Positions 23,521 through 31,744 of a stretch of DNA of 64,000 nucleotides are shown piece by piece. How positions within the stretch are numbered: the stretch's first letter is position 1; every line of letters begins with the position of its first letter. Source of the DNA: Pyrinomonadaceae bacterium (GTDB lineage Bacteria; Acidobacteriota; Blastocatellia; Pyrinomonadales; Pyrinomonadaceae); contig DASVTS010000050.1 of assembly GCA_036387455.1 (NCBI GenBank), forward strand, positions 17,845-81,844. The letters run 5' to 3'. The notes beneath the pieces are model-generated. The model did no database searches. It worked only from the letters and a program-made list of their open reading frames with translations, and was not told where the DNA came from. Position numbers and translations under genes: made by a program.

Positions 23521-25035
23521 TCAACTTTGACGCGGGCGCGGCCCGCCCGTCAGGTACTCGGCCGGGTCGAGGCGCGCGAGGCGGCGGCGGAAGCGCCAGG
23601 TGAAGTCGGGCCAGATGGCCGAGTTGCGCCCCGTGCGGTCGAGGTACCAGCTCGCGCAGCCGCCCGAGGTCCACACCGTCCCCTCCATCCGCCGCTCGAC
23701 CTCGCCGACGAACGCGGCCTGCGCATCGGGGCGCGGCTCAAGCGTCGCCAGCCCCCGCCGCTCCATGAACTCCAGCGCCTTCAGGAAGTGCTCTATCTGC
23801 GCCTCTATCATGTAGACGACCGAGGTGTGGCCGAGCCCCGTGTTCGGCCCGAGCAGGATGAAGAGGTTGGGGAAGCCGCTGACGGTCGTGCCGAGGTGCG
23901 CGCGCGGGCTCCCCCGCCACGCCTCTTCGAGCGTGACGCCGCCGCGGCCGCGGACGTGGGCGGCCATCGGCTGGTCGGTGACGCGGAAGCCCGTGCCGAA
24001 GATGACGGCGTCCACGGGCCGCTCGACGCCTTCCGAGTCAACTATCGAGCGCGCGCGGAAGTCGGCGACGCCGGCCGTCACCAGCTCGACGTTGGGGCGC
24101 GTGAGCGCGGGCAGGTAGTCGTTCGAGACGAGGATGCGCTTGCAGCCGATGTCGTAGGCGGGCGTCACCTTCGCGCGCAGCAAGGGGTCGGCGACGGCGC
24201 GCTCCATGTGGCGCAGCGCGACGCGCCGGATGAGCCTTGAGAGGCGCAGGTGCCGGAAGCCGAAGACGAACAGCTCGCGGAAGGCGTAGATGGCCGCGCG
24301 CTCGGCGCGCTGGAGCAGGGGGAAGCGCCGGAACATGCGGCGCTCGCGCGGGGTGAACGCGCGCTCCGTGCGCGGCATGACCCACGGCGGCGTGCGCTGG
24401 AAGACGTGCAGGCGCTCGACGAGCGGCTGTATCTCGGGGACGAACTGGACGGCGGAGGCGCCCGTCCCGATGACGGCGACGCGCCTCCCCGTCAGGTCGT
24501 AAGAATGCTCCCAGCGGGCCGAGTGGAATGACACGCCCTCGAACTTCTCGAAGCCGGGCAGGTCGGGCACGCGCGGCTCGCTCAGCGCGCCCGAGGCCAT
24601 GACGAGCACCGAGGCGGTGTATGTGCCCTGAGAAGTCTCGACGCGCCAGACCTGCGCGCCCTCGTCCCAGGCGGCCTCGCGCACCTCGTGGCCGAAGCGG
24701 ACGTGGGGCAGCACGCCGAAGTCGCGGGCGCAGCGGCGGAGGTAGTCCCAGATTTCGGGCTGCGGCGAGTAGCTGCGCGTCCAGTCGGGGTTGGGCGCGA
24801 AGGAGAAGGAGTAGAGGTGCGACTGCACGTCGCAGGCGCAGCCCGGGTAGCTGTTGTCGCGCCACGTCCCGCCGACGTCGCCGGCGCGCTCGAAGACGAG
24901 GAAGTCCTCCTCGCCGCGCTGCCTGAGCCGGATGGCCGCGCCGAGGCCGCCGAAGCCGCTGCCGATGATGGCGACGCGCGCGTGGCGCTTACCCGTGCCG
25001 GAATCCAAGCCTGTCCTCTCCCCGTCGAGCCGCAT
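23521..25035 (-). CDS. type I Baeyer-Villiger / flavin-containing monooxygenase
   Basis: I prefer the ATG at 25035 (MRLDGERTG...). The FAD motif is IIGSGFGGLG, the BVMO fingerprint is FEGVSFHSARW (FxGxxxHxxxW), and the second dinucleotide motif is VIGTGASA. Confidence 0.85.
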   Translation of the reverse strand: MRLDGERTGLDSGTGKRHARVAIIGSGFGGLGAAIRLRQRGEEDFLVFERAGDVGGTWRDNSYPGCACDVQSHLYSFSFAPNPDWTRSYSPQPEIWDYLRRCARDFGVLPHVRFGHEVREAAWDEGAQVWRVETSQGTYTASVLVMASGALSEPRVPDLPGFEKFEGVSFHSARWEHSYDLTGRRVAVIGTGASAVQFVPEIQPLVERLHVFQRTPPWVMPRTERAFTPRERRMFRRFPLLQRAERAAIYAFRELFVFGFRHLRLSRLIRRVALRHMERAVADPLLRAKVTPAYDIGCKRILVSNDYLPALTRPNVELVTAGVADFRARSIVDSEGVERPVDAVIFGTGFRVTDQPMAAHVRGRGGVTLEEAWRGSPRAHLGTTVSGFPNLFILLGPNTGLGHTSVVYMIEAQIEHFLKALEFMERRGLATLEPRPDAQAAFVGEVERRMEGTVWTSGGCASWYLDRTGRNSAIWPDFTWRFRRRLARLDPAEYLTGGPRPRQS

Positions 25036-25120
25036 CCTTAAAAATCTACACCGACGCGAAGTAATTCCGTTAACAAAAATCTGTAGAGATGTCACGCGCC
25101 GAGAGGCGGGAGGGGCGTGC

Positions 25121-25612
25121 ATGTCGAAAGTCAAAGGGGGCGGCGGGGCGCACAGTGCGCCGTGGGACTGCGTGTTGTCGAAGGACGAGAAGGGCGAGTG
25201 CCGCGCGGGCCCCCGCCCCGCGTCCGACCGGGAGTACTTCGAGATACTCTGCCTGTGCCTGATTCAGGCCGGGCTCAACTGGGCCTCCATCAGGAAGCAC
25301 TGGCCGCGATACCGCGAGGGCTTCCACGGCTTCCGGCTCGAACGGCTTTCGCGCGCGGACGCCGACGAACTGCTCGCGCGCCCCGGCGTCATCAAGAACC
25401 GCCGGAAGGTCGAGGCCGTCCTCCACAACGCCCGCGAGTTCGAGGCGATAGCGGCCGAGCACGGCTCGTTCGGCGCCTTCCTCTCCGCGCTCGAGCCGCT
25501 GCCGGAGGCCGAGCGGGTCAAGGCCCTCACCAGGCGCTTCAAACAGGTCGGCCCCGAGACGGCCGACTACTTCCTCCACTCAATCGGCTTCGAGGCGGAA
25601 GCCCGACCGTGA
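25121..25612 (+). CDS. tag: DNA-3-methyladenine glycosylase I
   Basis: 163 aa from the ATG at 25121, preceded by GGGAGGGG. YFEILCLCLIQAGLNWASIRKHW and GPETADYFLHSIGF are typical of Tag. The upstream part of the 252-aa track ORF was rejected. Confidence 0.75.
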   Translation: MSKVKGGGGAHSAPWDCVLSKDEKGECRAGPRPASDREYFEILCLCLIQAGLNWASIRKHWPRYREGFHGFRLERLSRADADELLARPGVIKNRRKVEAVLHNAREFEAIAAEHGSFGAFLSALEPLPEAERVKALTRRFKQVGPETADYFLHSIGFEAEARP

Positions 25613-25685
25613 GGAAGGGCGTATCTCTTTCGTCAGGGCACACGGCGGAAGACCGACGCCCTCCCTCACGGTCGGGCTTCCGCCT
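25593..25685. repeat. 30-bp inverted repeat (1 mismatch) bridging the 3' ends of convergent tag and hydrolase genes
   Basis: The left arm AGGCGGAAGCCCGACCGTGAGGAAGGGCGT (25593-25622) includes the last codons and the stop of tag. The right arm ACGCCCTCCCTCACGGTCGGGCTTCCGCCT (25656-25685) ends 1 nt before the TAA of the minus-strand gene. Confidence 0.8.
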
Positions 25686-26672
25686 TTACTTCAGCCCGGG
25701 GATGCGCGCGAGCGCTTTGAGGTCGGGGGGGCGGAGCGAGAGCCTTTGCGCGAGCCATGCGACGCGCTCGCGGCGCGCGGCGGCGTCGAGTTCGTGGCCG
25801 GCGTCGTAGAAGGCGACGCGCTTGGGCTCGGCGAAGCGCTCGAAGTCGCGGCGCGCCATCTTCTCCGAGATGGGCTTGTCGCGGCGCCCGTACTGGAGGA
25901 AGACGGCCGCGGGCGCGCTGTGGCCGGCGAAGTTGGCCGGCTCGTCCCATGCGTAGTCGCGGAAGTATTTGCGCAGCGCCTCGTCGCCGAAACTACGCCG
26001 CATCTCGACCATCTGCTGGTTCTCGGGGTCGAAGACGTAATCCTCCGTGCCGTAGCCGCCGGCCATGAGGACGAACGAGCCGATGCGCTTCTCGACGCCG
26101 GCGAGGATGGCGCCGACGTGCGCGTCGAAGCTGTGGCCGACGTAGGCGACGCGCTGCGGGTCCACGTCGCGCCGGCCCAGAAGGAGGTCGAGGCCGCGCC
26201 GGAAGTCCACGACCTGCTGGCGCGCGACCTCGGCCGACTGCTCGTGCTGGCGCATCTCGTCCTTCTCAAGGACGAAGCCGGGGCGGACGTAAGGCGCGTC
26301 TATCAGGAGCGAGACGGCGCCGGCCCGCGCGAGCACGAGCGCCTCTTCGAGAAACTCGCGGCGGTTCCTGAGCGGCGAGCCCGGCATCATCCAGTGGCCG
26401 TAGAGGACGGCGGCGAAAGGCCCGCGCCCGCCGGGCACGACGAGGTACGCCGGGACGCGCCCGCCGCGCGGGCTGGCGTAGGTGAGGTCGACGACGGTCG
26501 CGCCGCCCCTCCGCTCACGCCCCACCTCGCGCACGTCGAGCGCGGCCTTCGCGTCGTAGTCGAACTGCCGCACGAGTTCTTCGAAGCGCGGCCGGGCGTC
26601 CGCCTGCCCGAACACGACCGCCGAACACGTCAGCACGAAAGTCAGCAGCAGCAGGGCCCTCGTCACGTTCAA
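25686..26672 (-). CDS. secreted alpha/beta hydrolase (dienelactone-hydrolase/acetyl-esterase-like)
   Basis: 328 aa with signal peptide MNVTRALLLLTFVLTCSAVVFG and a nucleophile-elbow-like VGHSFDAH. The family assignment is approximate. Confidence 0.6.
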   Translation of the reverse strand: MNVTRALLLLTFVLTCSAVVFGQADARPRFEELVRQFDYDAKAALDVREVGRERRGGATVVDLTYASPRGGRVPAYLVVPGGRGPFAAVLYGHWMMPGSPLRNRREFLEEALVLARAGAVSLLIDAPYVRPGFVLEKDEMRQHEQSAEVARQQVVDFRRGLDLLLGRRDVDPQRVAYVGHSFDAHVGAILAGVEKRIGSFVLMAGGYGTEDYVFDPENQQMVEMRRSFGDEALRKYFRDYAWDEPANFAGHSAPAAVFLQYGRRDKPISEKMARRDFERFAEPKRVAFYDAGHELDAAARRERVAWLAQRLSLRPPDLKALARIPGLK

Positions 26673-26681
26673 AACCCCCGT

Positions 26682-28580
26682 CTAGTTGAGCCGGTGCGCG
26701 ACCATGCGCTCGCCCTTCGAGACGTAGAGCAGGCCGGCGGCCTCGTCGCTGATGAATCGCTCGTCCGGGTCGCCGAGGCGCACCTCGCGCGCGGCGCGGC
26801 CCGAGTCGATGTTGACGCCGACGAGCCCGCGCCCGCCGCCGCTCAGCGAGGAGTAGAAGTACATCCAGCGGCCGCGCAGCGCCGCGAGCCTCTGCGTCCG
26901 CATCAGGAAGCGCGACAGCCGCGCGAGCTGGGTCGCCGGGTCGAGCCGGTCGAGCAGGCGCTCCGACACGCTTTCGGACGAGGGGGCGGCCGAGCCGACC
27001 GCCACGCGCGGCCTCGTCACGGCGATGTTCGTCTGCGCCGCGCGCCGCACGCGCGAGAGCGCGCCGAAGGTGGACAGGCGCTCGGCCGCGTAGGAGCGCG
27101 CGTAGGAGCGCGCGCGGTCGGAGGCGAGGCTCGTCAGGTCGGCGAGTGTGACGTGCGCGGCGAGGCCCGACGAGCGCAGGCCGTTGAGCGCGCCGACGAG
27201 CCGCGCGCCGCGGAAGACGGTCGAGGCCGCGCCGCCGTAGCGGAAGTAGAGCGAGGCGGCGCGCGCCGCCACCGCCCCGACGGTGCGCAGCAGCCCCCGC
27301 CCCGGCGGCTCGTGCCGCTCGCGCCAGAGCGGCGTCGCCGAAGCGCCCTCGAAGCCCGCCAGCGCGTTCTTGCCGCCGACCACCAGCTCGCCCCTCTCGT
27401 TTAAGAGCACGAAGGCCGCGGCCTCGACGTCGTGCGAGACCTTCAGGCGCAGCTTGCCCGTCAGCGAGTCGAGCAGGATGAGGTCGTCGCGGTCGGCGAT
27501 GGCCGCCGTCCCCGCGTTCGGCAGCGCCAGGTTCGTCAGCCCCTTGTCGGCGCCCTTGTAGCGCCAGATGGTCTTGCCGTTCGAGATGTCGAGGGCCGTC
27601 ACGCCGTAGGGGCCGCGCGCCACCGTCTCGCCGTCTTCGAGCCGCGTGAACTGCCCGCCCGTCCGCACGTAGAGCACGCCGCCCGCGAGCACCATCTCCG
27701 GCGTCAGCCCCAAGTCCTTCGACTCCCACGCCACCTCGCCGTCGGCCCGCGAGACGGCGCGCACGCGCCCGCGCCCCGAGATGTAGACGAAGCGCTCGTC
27801 CGCCAGCGGGTCGCCCTCGGTGAGCGCGAGCCCGTCCTCGTTGACGCGGAACTTCTCGCGCCGCCGCTCCCTGCCCGTGCGCGCGTCGAGCGAGGTCAGC
27901 CCCTCGTAGAAGAGGTAGAGCCGGCCGTCGAGGAAGGCGGGCGGGCGGTAGTTGTCGAGCGTGTAGGGGACGTCCCTGTCTTTATCGTCGCCCCACGCGA
28001 CGGGCATCATCTCGACCTCGCTCTCCAGCTCGCGCTTCCAGAGCTGGTCGCCCGAGGCGATTTCGAAGACGTGCAGCTCGGGCTTGCGCCTGAAGCCGGC
28101 GCGCGGCTTCGACTTCGCGTCGCGCACGAAGACGGCCGCGAGCAGCCCGGCGGCCGGGTCGAAGGCGGTCTGCATCACCGCCCCGCGCACCTTGTCGCTG
28201 CGCCAGAGCGCGTCGCCCGTCAGGATGTCTAAGGTCTCCAGCCGCGTCTTGCCGCCGCTCTCCAGCGTGACGAGCAGGAGGTCCGTGCCCGGCACCGACG
28301 CAACGTCCGTCTCGTCGAGCCGCGCGTCCTTGCGCCGCCAGAGCACGTCGCCGCTCTCGGCTTCGAGCCCGTAGAGCGACTTCTCCGTGCCGACGACGAG
28401 CACGCCCACGTCCGTCGTCTGGTAGAAGCGCACCGCCGAGTCGAGCTTCGCCGACCACGGCTCGGCCGCCCGCGCGGCCGAAGCGCAGAGCAGGAGGACG
28501 ACGAGCGCCGCGCCGGGCACGGCCCGGCCGAGCGCGGACGTGTTGGGGAGTGGCTTCGGAAGACTTGTCAGAAATCGCAT
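26682..28580 (-). CDS. secreted PQQ-like (BamB-like) beta-propeller repeat protein
   Basis: 632 aa with a signal peptide and recurrent G-D/E-x-L/V-W blade motifs (SGDVLWRR, TGDALWRS, SGDQLWKR, DGEVAWES, NGKTIWRY, TPLWRE). Confidence 0.7.
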   Translation of the reverse strand: MRFLTSLPKPLPNTSALGRAVPGAALVVLLLCASAARAAEPWSAKLDSAVRFYQTTDVGVLVVGTEKSLYGLEAESGDVLWRRKDARLDETDVASVPGTDLLLVTLESGGKTRLETLDILTGDALWRSDKVRGAVMQTAFDPAAGLLAAVFVRDAKSKPRAGFRRKPELHVFEIASGDQLWKRELESEVEMMPVAWGDDKDRDVPYTLDNYRPPAFLDGRLYLFYEGLTSLDARTGRERRREKFRVNEDGLALTEGDPLADERFVYISGRGRVRAVSRADGEVAWESKDLGLTPEMVLAGGVLYVRTGGQFTRLEDGETVARGPYGVTALDISNGKTIWRYKGADKGLTNLALPNAGTAAIADRDDLILLDSLTGKLRLKVSHDVEAAAFVLLNERGELVVGGKNALAGFEGASATPLWRERHEPPGRGLLRTVGAVAARAASLYFRYGGAASTVFRGARLVGALNGLRSSGLAAHVTLADLTSLASDRARSYARSYAAERLSTFGALSRVRRAAQTNIAVTRPRVAVGSAAPSSESVSERLLDRLDPATQLARLSRFLMRTQRLAALRGRWMYFYSSLSGGGRGLVGVNIDSGRAAREVRLGDPDERFISDEAAGLLYVSKGERMVAHRLN

Positions 28581-28610
28581 GTTTAGTGCTTTCGGTAAAA
28601 CCTCGAACCC

Positions 28611-29249
28611 TCAGTCTACCAGCGAGAGGAATTCGGTCAGAATCCTCTCGGTGATGCCCCAGATCATCCCGTGCTCGGAGGGGTAGGCGGGCCACTCGCG
28701 CTCGACGCCCGCGAAGGCCATGCGGAAGACGGCCGAGCGCCCGCCGCGCTTCAGCTCGTCCACCGGCACCCAGAAGGCGGCCGCGACCTCGCCGCTCAGC
28801 TCAAGGGTCTTCGTCGCGGCGCCCGCGTGGAACTCCGGCGGCGCGACGGCGACGAAAGGCGTCACGGAGATGCGCGGGACGAGCGGGCTGCGCGGCGTGA
28901 CGGTGCCGAGCCGCGCCAGCACCTCGCCGCCCGCGCGCAAGTCGAGCCCCACCTCCTCCAAGGTCTCGCGCACGGCCGTCGCCTCAAGGCTCTCGTCCTC
29001 GGCTTCTTCGCGCCCGCCCGGCAGCGCGAGGTGACCCGACCAGTGGTCGCGCTCCGCCTCCGAACGTTTGATGACGAGCATCTCGGCGCCCTCCCGCCCT
29101 TCGCGCAGCACGAGCGCGACCGCCGCCCGCCTCGGCGGGTTGGAAGGAGCCTCGCCCTCTCCGACCGTCTCAAAATCCTCTACGGGCGCGAGCCCGCCCT
29201 CGACAAGGCGCGCCTTCAACTTCGACACGAAACTTGTGAACTCACTCAT
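28611..29249 (-). CDS. NUDIX hydrolase
   Basis: 212 aa from the ATG at 29249 (MSEFTSF...). The Nudix box is GGREEAEDESLEATAVRETLEEVGL. The ATG overlaps the TGA of the upstream gene (ATGA at 29246-29249). Confidence 0.8.
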   Translation of the reverse strand: MSEFTSFVSKLKARLVEGGLAPVEDFETVGEGEAPSNPPRRAAVALVLREGREGAEMLVIKRSEAERDHWSGHLALPGGREEAEDESLEATAVRETLEEVGLDLRAGGEVLARLGTVTPRSPLVPRISVTPFVAVAPPEFHAGAATKTLELSGEVAAAFWVPVDELKRGGRSAVFRMAFAGVEREWPAYPSEHGMIWGITERILTEFLSLVD

Positions 29250-30352
29250 CTGCGGGCTAAACGACCTGAGACCGATTTTCCGCGGGGTGCCAGCCCGAGC
29301 TTCGACGGTGAGTCGAGGCGCGCGACGCGGCCGTTCTCGCCCACCGCCCAGGCCGCATCGCCTTGCGGCGAGACGCTCAAGGCGTGGAAGCCTTCGGCGC
29401 CGAGCGGCTCCCATGTGCGCCCCCCGTTCGTGGAGTAGTCAGACCCCGACGGCCCGACGGCGACGAGCTTCCGCCCCTGCGTCCCCGGCACGTACGCAAC
29501 GCAAGACCTGTAGCCGTTCGGGCGCCCGTGCGCTTCGGCCGGCGCCCACCAACTCTTGCCGGCGTCGTAGCTCAAAGCGGCGTTGCCCGCGGCCTCACGC
29601 TCCTTCGTGTAGTCGCCGCCCACGGCTACCCCCGCGCTGCCGTGGAAAGCCAGGGAGAAGACGCCCGCCGACTTGCCGCTCGCCAGCGGGACGGCGTCGG
29701 CCCGCCAGGTGCGGCCGGAGTCGCCCGAGCGGAAGACGCGCGCGCCTGCGGGGCCGCCCGTGCCGAACCACGCGTACGTCCCTCCCTTTATCACAGTTAC
29801 GCAGGTTCCGCTCGCCGCGAAACCGCCCTCGCCCGCGAGCGCCGGCGCCATCCCCGAAGGCTCAATCTCCTTCCAGTTACGCCCGCCGTCCTCCGTCCTG
29901 ACGACGAGGAAGCGGCCATCCACGGGGTCGCTGACGGCGAGGCCGCGGCGCGCGTCCCAGAAGGCCATGCAGTCGTAGAAGGCGGCGGCGCGCCGGTTCT
30001 GGAACTGTAAAGTCCAGCTCCGGCCGCCGTCCGTCGTCTTGTAAATCCTTGAGCGCTCGCCCTCTCCGATGGCGAGCAGGTAGGCCGTTTCGGCGTCGAA
30101 GGCGTCCACGTCGCGGAAGTCCAGCTCGGCCGCGCCCGGCACCTGTCCCGTGCGCCATGTGCGCCCGCCGTCGGTCGTGCGCGCGTAGGTGCCGCCGGCA
30201 CCGCTGGCCCACGCAACTTTTGCATTTACGGCACTTACGCCGCGTAGACGAAAATTCGTCCCGCTCGTCTGCGGGACCCACTGGGCGCGTGCCTCCGCGA
30301 GACAGTTGACGAGAAGCAGCGTGACGAGAATCGGCTTGAGCAGCTTGGGCAT
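29246..30352 (-). CDS. secreted BNR/Asp-box repeat beta-propeller (Ycf48/sialidase-like fold)
   Basis: 368 aa with a signal peptide and six SxDxGxTW-type boxes: TTDGGRTW, TTDGGRSW, TEDGGRNW, SGDSGRTW, SYDAGKSW and STNGGRTW. Confidence 0.8.
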   Translation of the reverse strand: MPKLLKPILVTLLLVNCLAEARAQWVPQTSGTNFRLRGVSAVNAKVAWASGAGGTYARTTDGGRTWRTGQVPGAAELDFRDVDAFDAETAYLLAIGEGERSRIYKTTDGGRSWTLQFQNRRAAAFYDCMAFWDARRGLAVSDPVDGRFLVVRTEDGGRNWKEIEPSGMAPALAGEGGFAASGTCVTVIKGGTYAWFGTGGPAGARVFRSGDSGRTWRADAVPLASGKSAGVFSLAFHGSAGVAVGGDYTKEREAAGNAALSYDAGKSWWAPAEAHGRPNGYRSCVAYVPGTQGRKLVAVGPSGSDYSTNGGRTWEPLGAEGFHALSVSPQGDAAWAVGENGRVARLDSPSKLGLAPRGKSVSGRLARR

Positions 30353-30632
30353 AGGACTTTCGGGCCTTTTCGGACGTCTACGGGTTTTTGGATGCCCGGG
30401 GCGCCGCCGCGCGCTGCTACCTTACAACAGAAAAGGGGAGAAACGAACGCGGGGCGCGGGGGCCGCGTCGGGCAACCGGGAGGGCGGGGGAAACATCTAT
30501 ATTTGCAACAATTTACCCCCGCACGGCGAGTATAGAAGAGAGCGCACTGAAACAAATCAGGCTTCGGCTCGTACAGTTTTCCGACCTCGATTTCGGCGCC
30601 CGGAGCGCCTTTTTGTTAGACCCGTTAAATTG

Positions 30633-31553
30633 ATGAATAATCTCGTTCCCCGAATTCTCCTCGCCTCCCTCTTCGTCTGCGCCGCGGCCACTTTCGCCGG
30701 CGCGCAGGTCAAGTCGAAGTCCGCGAAGTCCGCCGCCAAGCCGGCCGAGACGGCGCACGCCGAGCCGCCGAGCGACTTGCAGAAGTTCCGCCAGGACTTC
30801 ATCAAGGCGGCCGAGGAGTACCGCGCCAGCCTCGTCGAGCTTTCCGCCTCGCACGAGTCGAACCTGAAGCGTCTGACCGAGAAGCAGGAGCAGTTGAAGG
30901 GGCTCTACGCCGACGGCCTCATCTCGCGCAACGAGTACGAGACGAGCGGGTCGGAAATCGCCGACGCGCGCGCCAAAGTCGAGGAGATGCGCGCCGAGAT
31001 TGCGAGGGCCGACGAGACGCTCGCCGCCGCCCGCAGGCCCGTCGAGACGTTCACGGCCGCGCCGACCGGCGTCGCGCGCTCGCAGGTGGCGTGGACCACG
31101 GGCAACATCACCATCGACAACCTGATTCGCCTCAACGGCAACCGCTACGGCGTTGACCCTTACCTCGTCTACTGCGTGATACGGCAGGAGTCGGGCTTCC
31201 GCGTGGGCGCGACGAGCGCCGTGGGGGCGATGGGGCTGATGCAGTTGATGCCGGGGACGGCCGCGCGCTACGGCGTGACGAACGCCTACGACCCCGCGCA
31301 GTCCATCCGGGGCGGCACGCGCTACCTGGCCGACCTGCTGCGCCTCTTCGGCGGCCGCGTTGACCTCGCGCTGGCGGGCTACAACGCGGGCGAGGGCGCG
31401 GTCATGAAGTACGGCCGCCGCGTCCCGCCTTACGCCGAGACGCAGAACTACGTCCGCACCATCGGCTCGCGCTACGCGCAGAGCGGCGGCACGGGCGCCG
31501 TCACGCTCACCGGCAAGACCTCCGAGCGCGAGGCGAAGGGCAACCGCAAGTAA
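30633..31553 (+). CDS. secreted lytic transglycosylase (SLT domain) with N-terminal coiled-coil
   Basis: 306 aa from the ATG at 30633 (MNNLVPRILLASLFVCAAATFAGA). The SLT motifs are VIRQESGF, GAMGLMQLMPGTA and AGYNAGEGAV. The Arg-rich upstream part of the track ORF was rejected. Confidence 0.85.
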   Translation: MNNLVPRILLASLFVCAAATFAGAQVKSKSAKSAAKPAETAHAEPPSDLQKFRQDFIKAAEEYRASLVELSASHESNLKRLTEKQEQLKGLYADGLISRNEYETSGSEIADARAKVEEMRAEIARADETLAAARRPVETFTAAPTGVARSQVAWTTGNITIDNLIRLNGNRYGVDPYLVYCVIRQESGFRVGATSAVGAMGLMQLMPGTAARYGVTNAYDPAQSIRGGTRYLADLLRLFGGRVDLALAGYNAGEGAVMKYGRRVPPYAETQNYVRTIGSRYAQSGGTGAVTLTGKTSEREAKGNRK

Positions 31554-31675
31554 GAAAAGCCGTAAACCGTAAACCGTGAACCGTGACGAGAAGAAGCACC
31601 TGCTTTCTCCCGTCACGGTTCACGGTTTACGGCTTTTCCTTGTCACGGTTTACGGTTTACGGTTCACGGTTTTTA
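31554..31675 (+). terminator. CCGTRAA-class heptamer hairpin with one left arm, two alternative right arms and a T5 run, starting 1 nt after the SLT gene stop
   Basis: The left arm is GAAAAGCCGTAAACCGTAAACCGTGAACCGTGACGAGAAGAAGCA (31554-31598). Right arm 1 is TGCTTTCTCCCGTCACGGTTCACGGTTTACGGCTTTTC (31601-31638). Right arm 2 is GTCACGGTTTACGGTTTACGGTTCACGG (31642-31669), followed by TTTTT. Confidence 0.75.
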
Positions 31676-31744
31676 GGCGTTGGCGTATGATAGAGACCTT
31701 CGTTCACAGTCTGAATCTCAGAGTCAGAGAGGGATGAATCTGCG

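Noticed and set aside
25045-25087. TCTACA / TGTAGA inverted pair and duplicated AAAAATCT in the BVMO/tag divergent spacer, as a possible operator.
   Set aside because: The half-sites are short (6 bp), the spacing is 31 nt, and there is no supporting second copy. It is mentioned only in the BVMO cassette finding.
30488-30508. GGAAACATCTATATTTGCA, which resembles a sigma-54 -24/-12 promoter in the BNR/SLT divergent spacer.
   Set aside because: The spacing between the GG and GC dinucleotides does not fit TGGCAC-N5-TTGC when aligned on TTGCA.
28611-31553. Long N-terminal extensions of the NUDIX (29250-29414) and lytic transglycosylase (30189-30632) track ORFs.
   Set aside because: Both extensions are Arg-rich and overlap neighbouring genes or intergenic DNA. 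Internal ATGs give proper N-termini (MSEFTSF... and a signal peptide MNNLVPRILL...).
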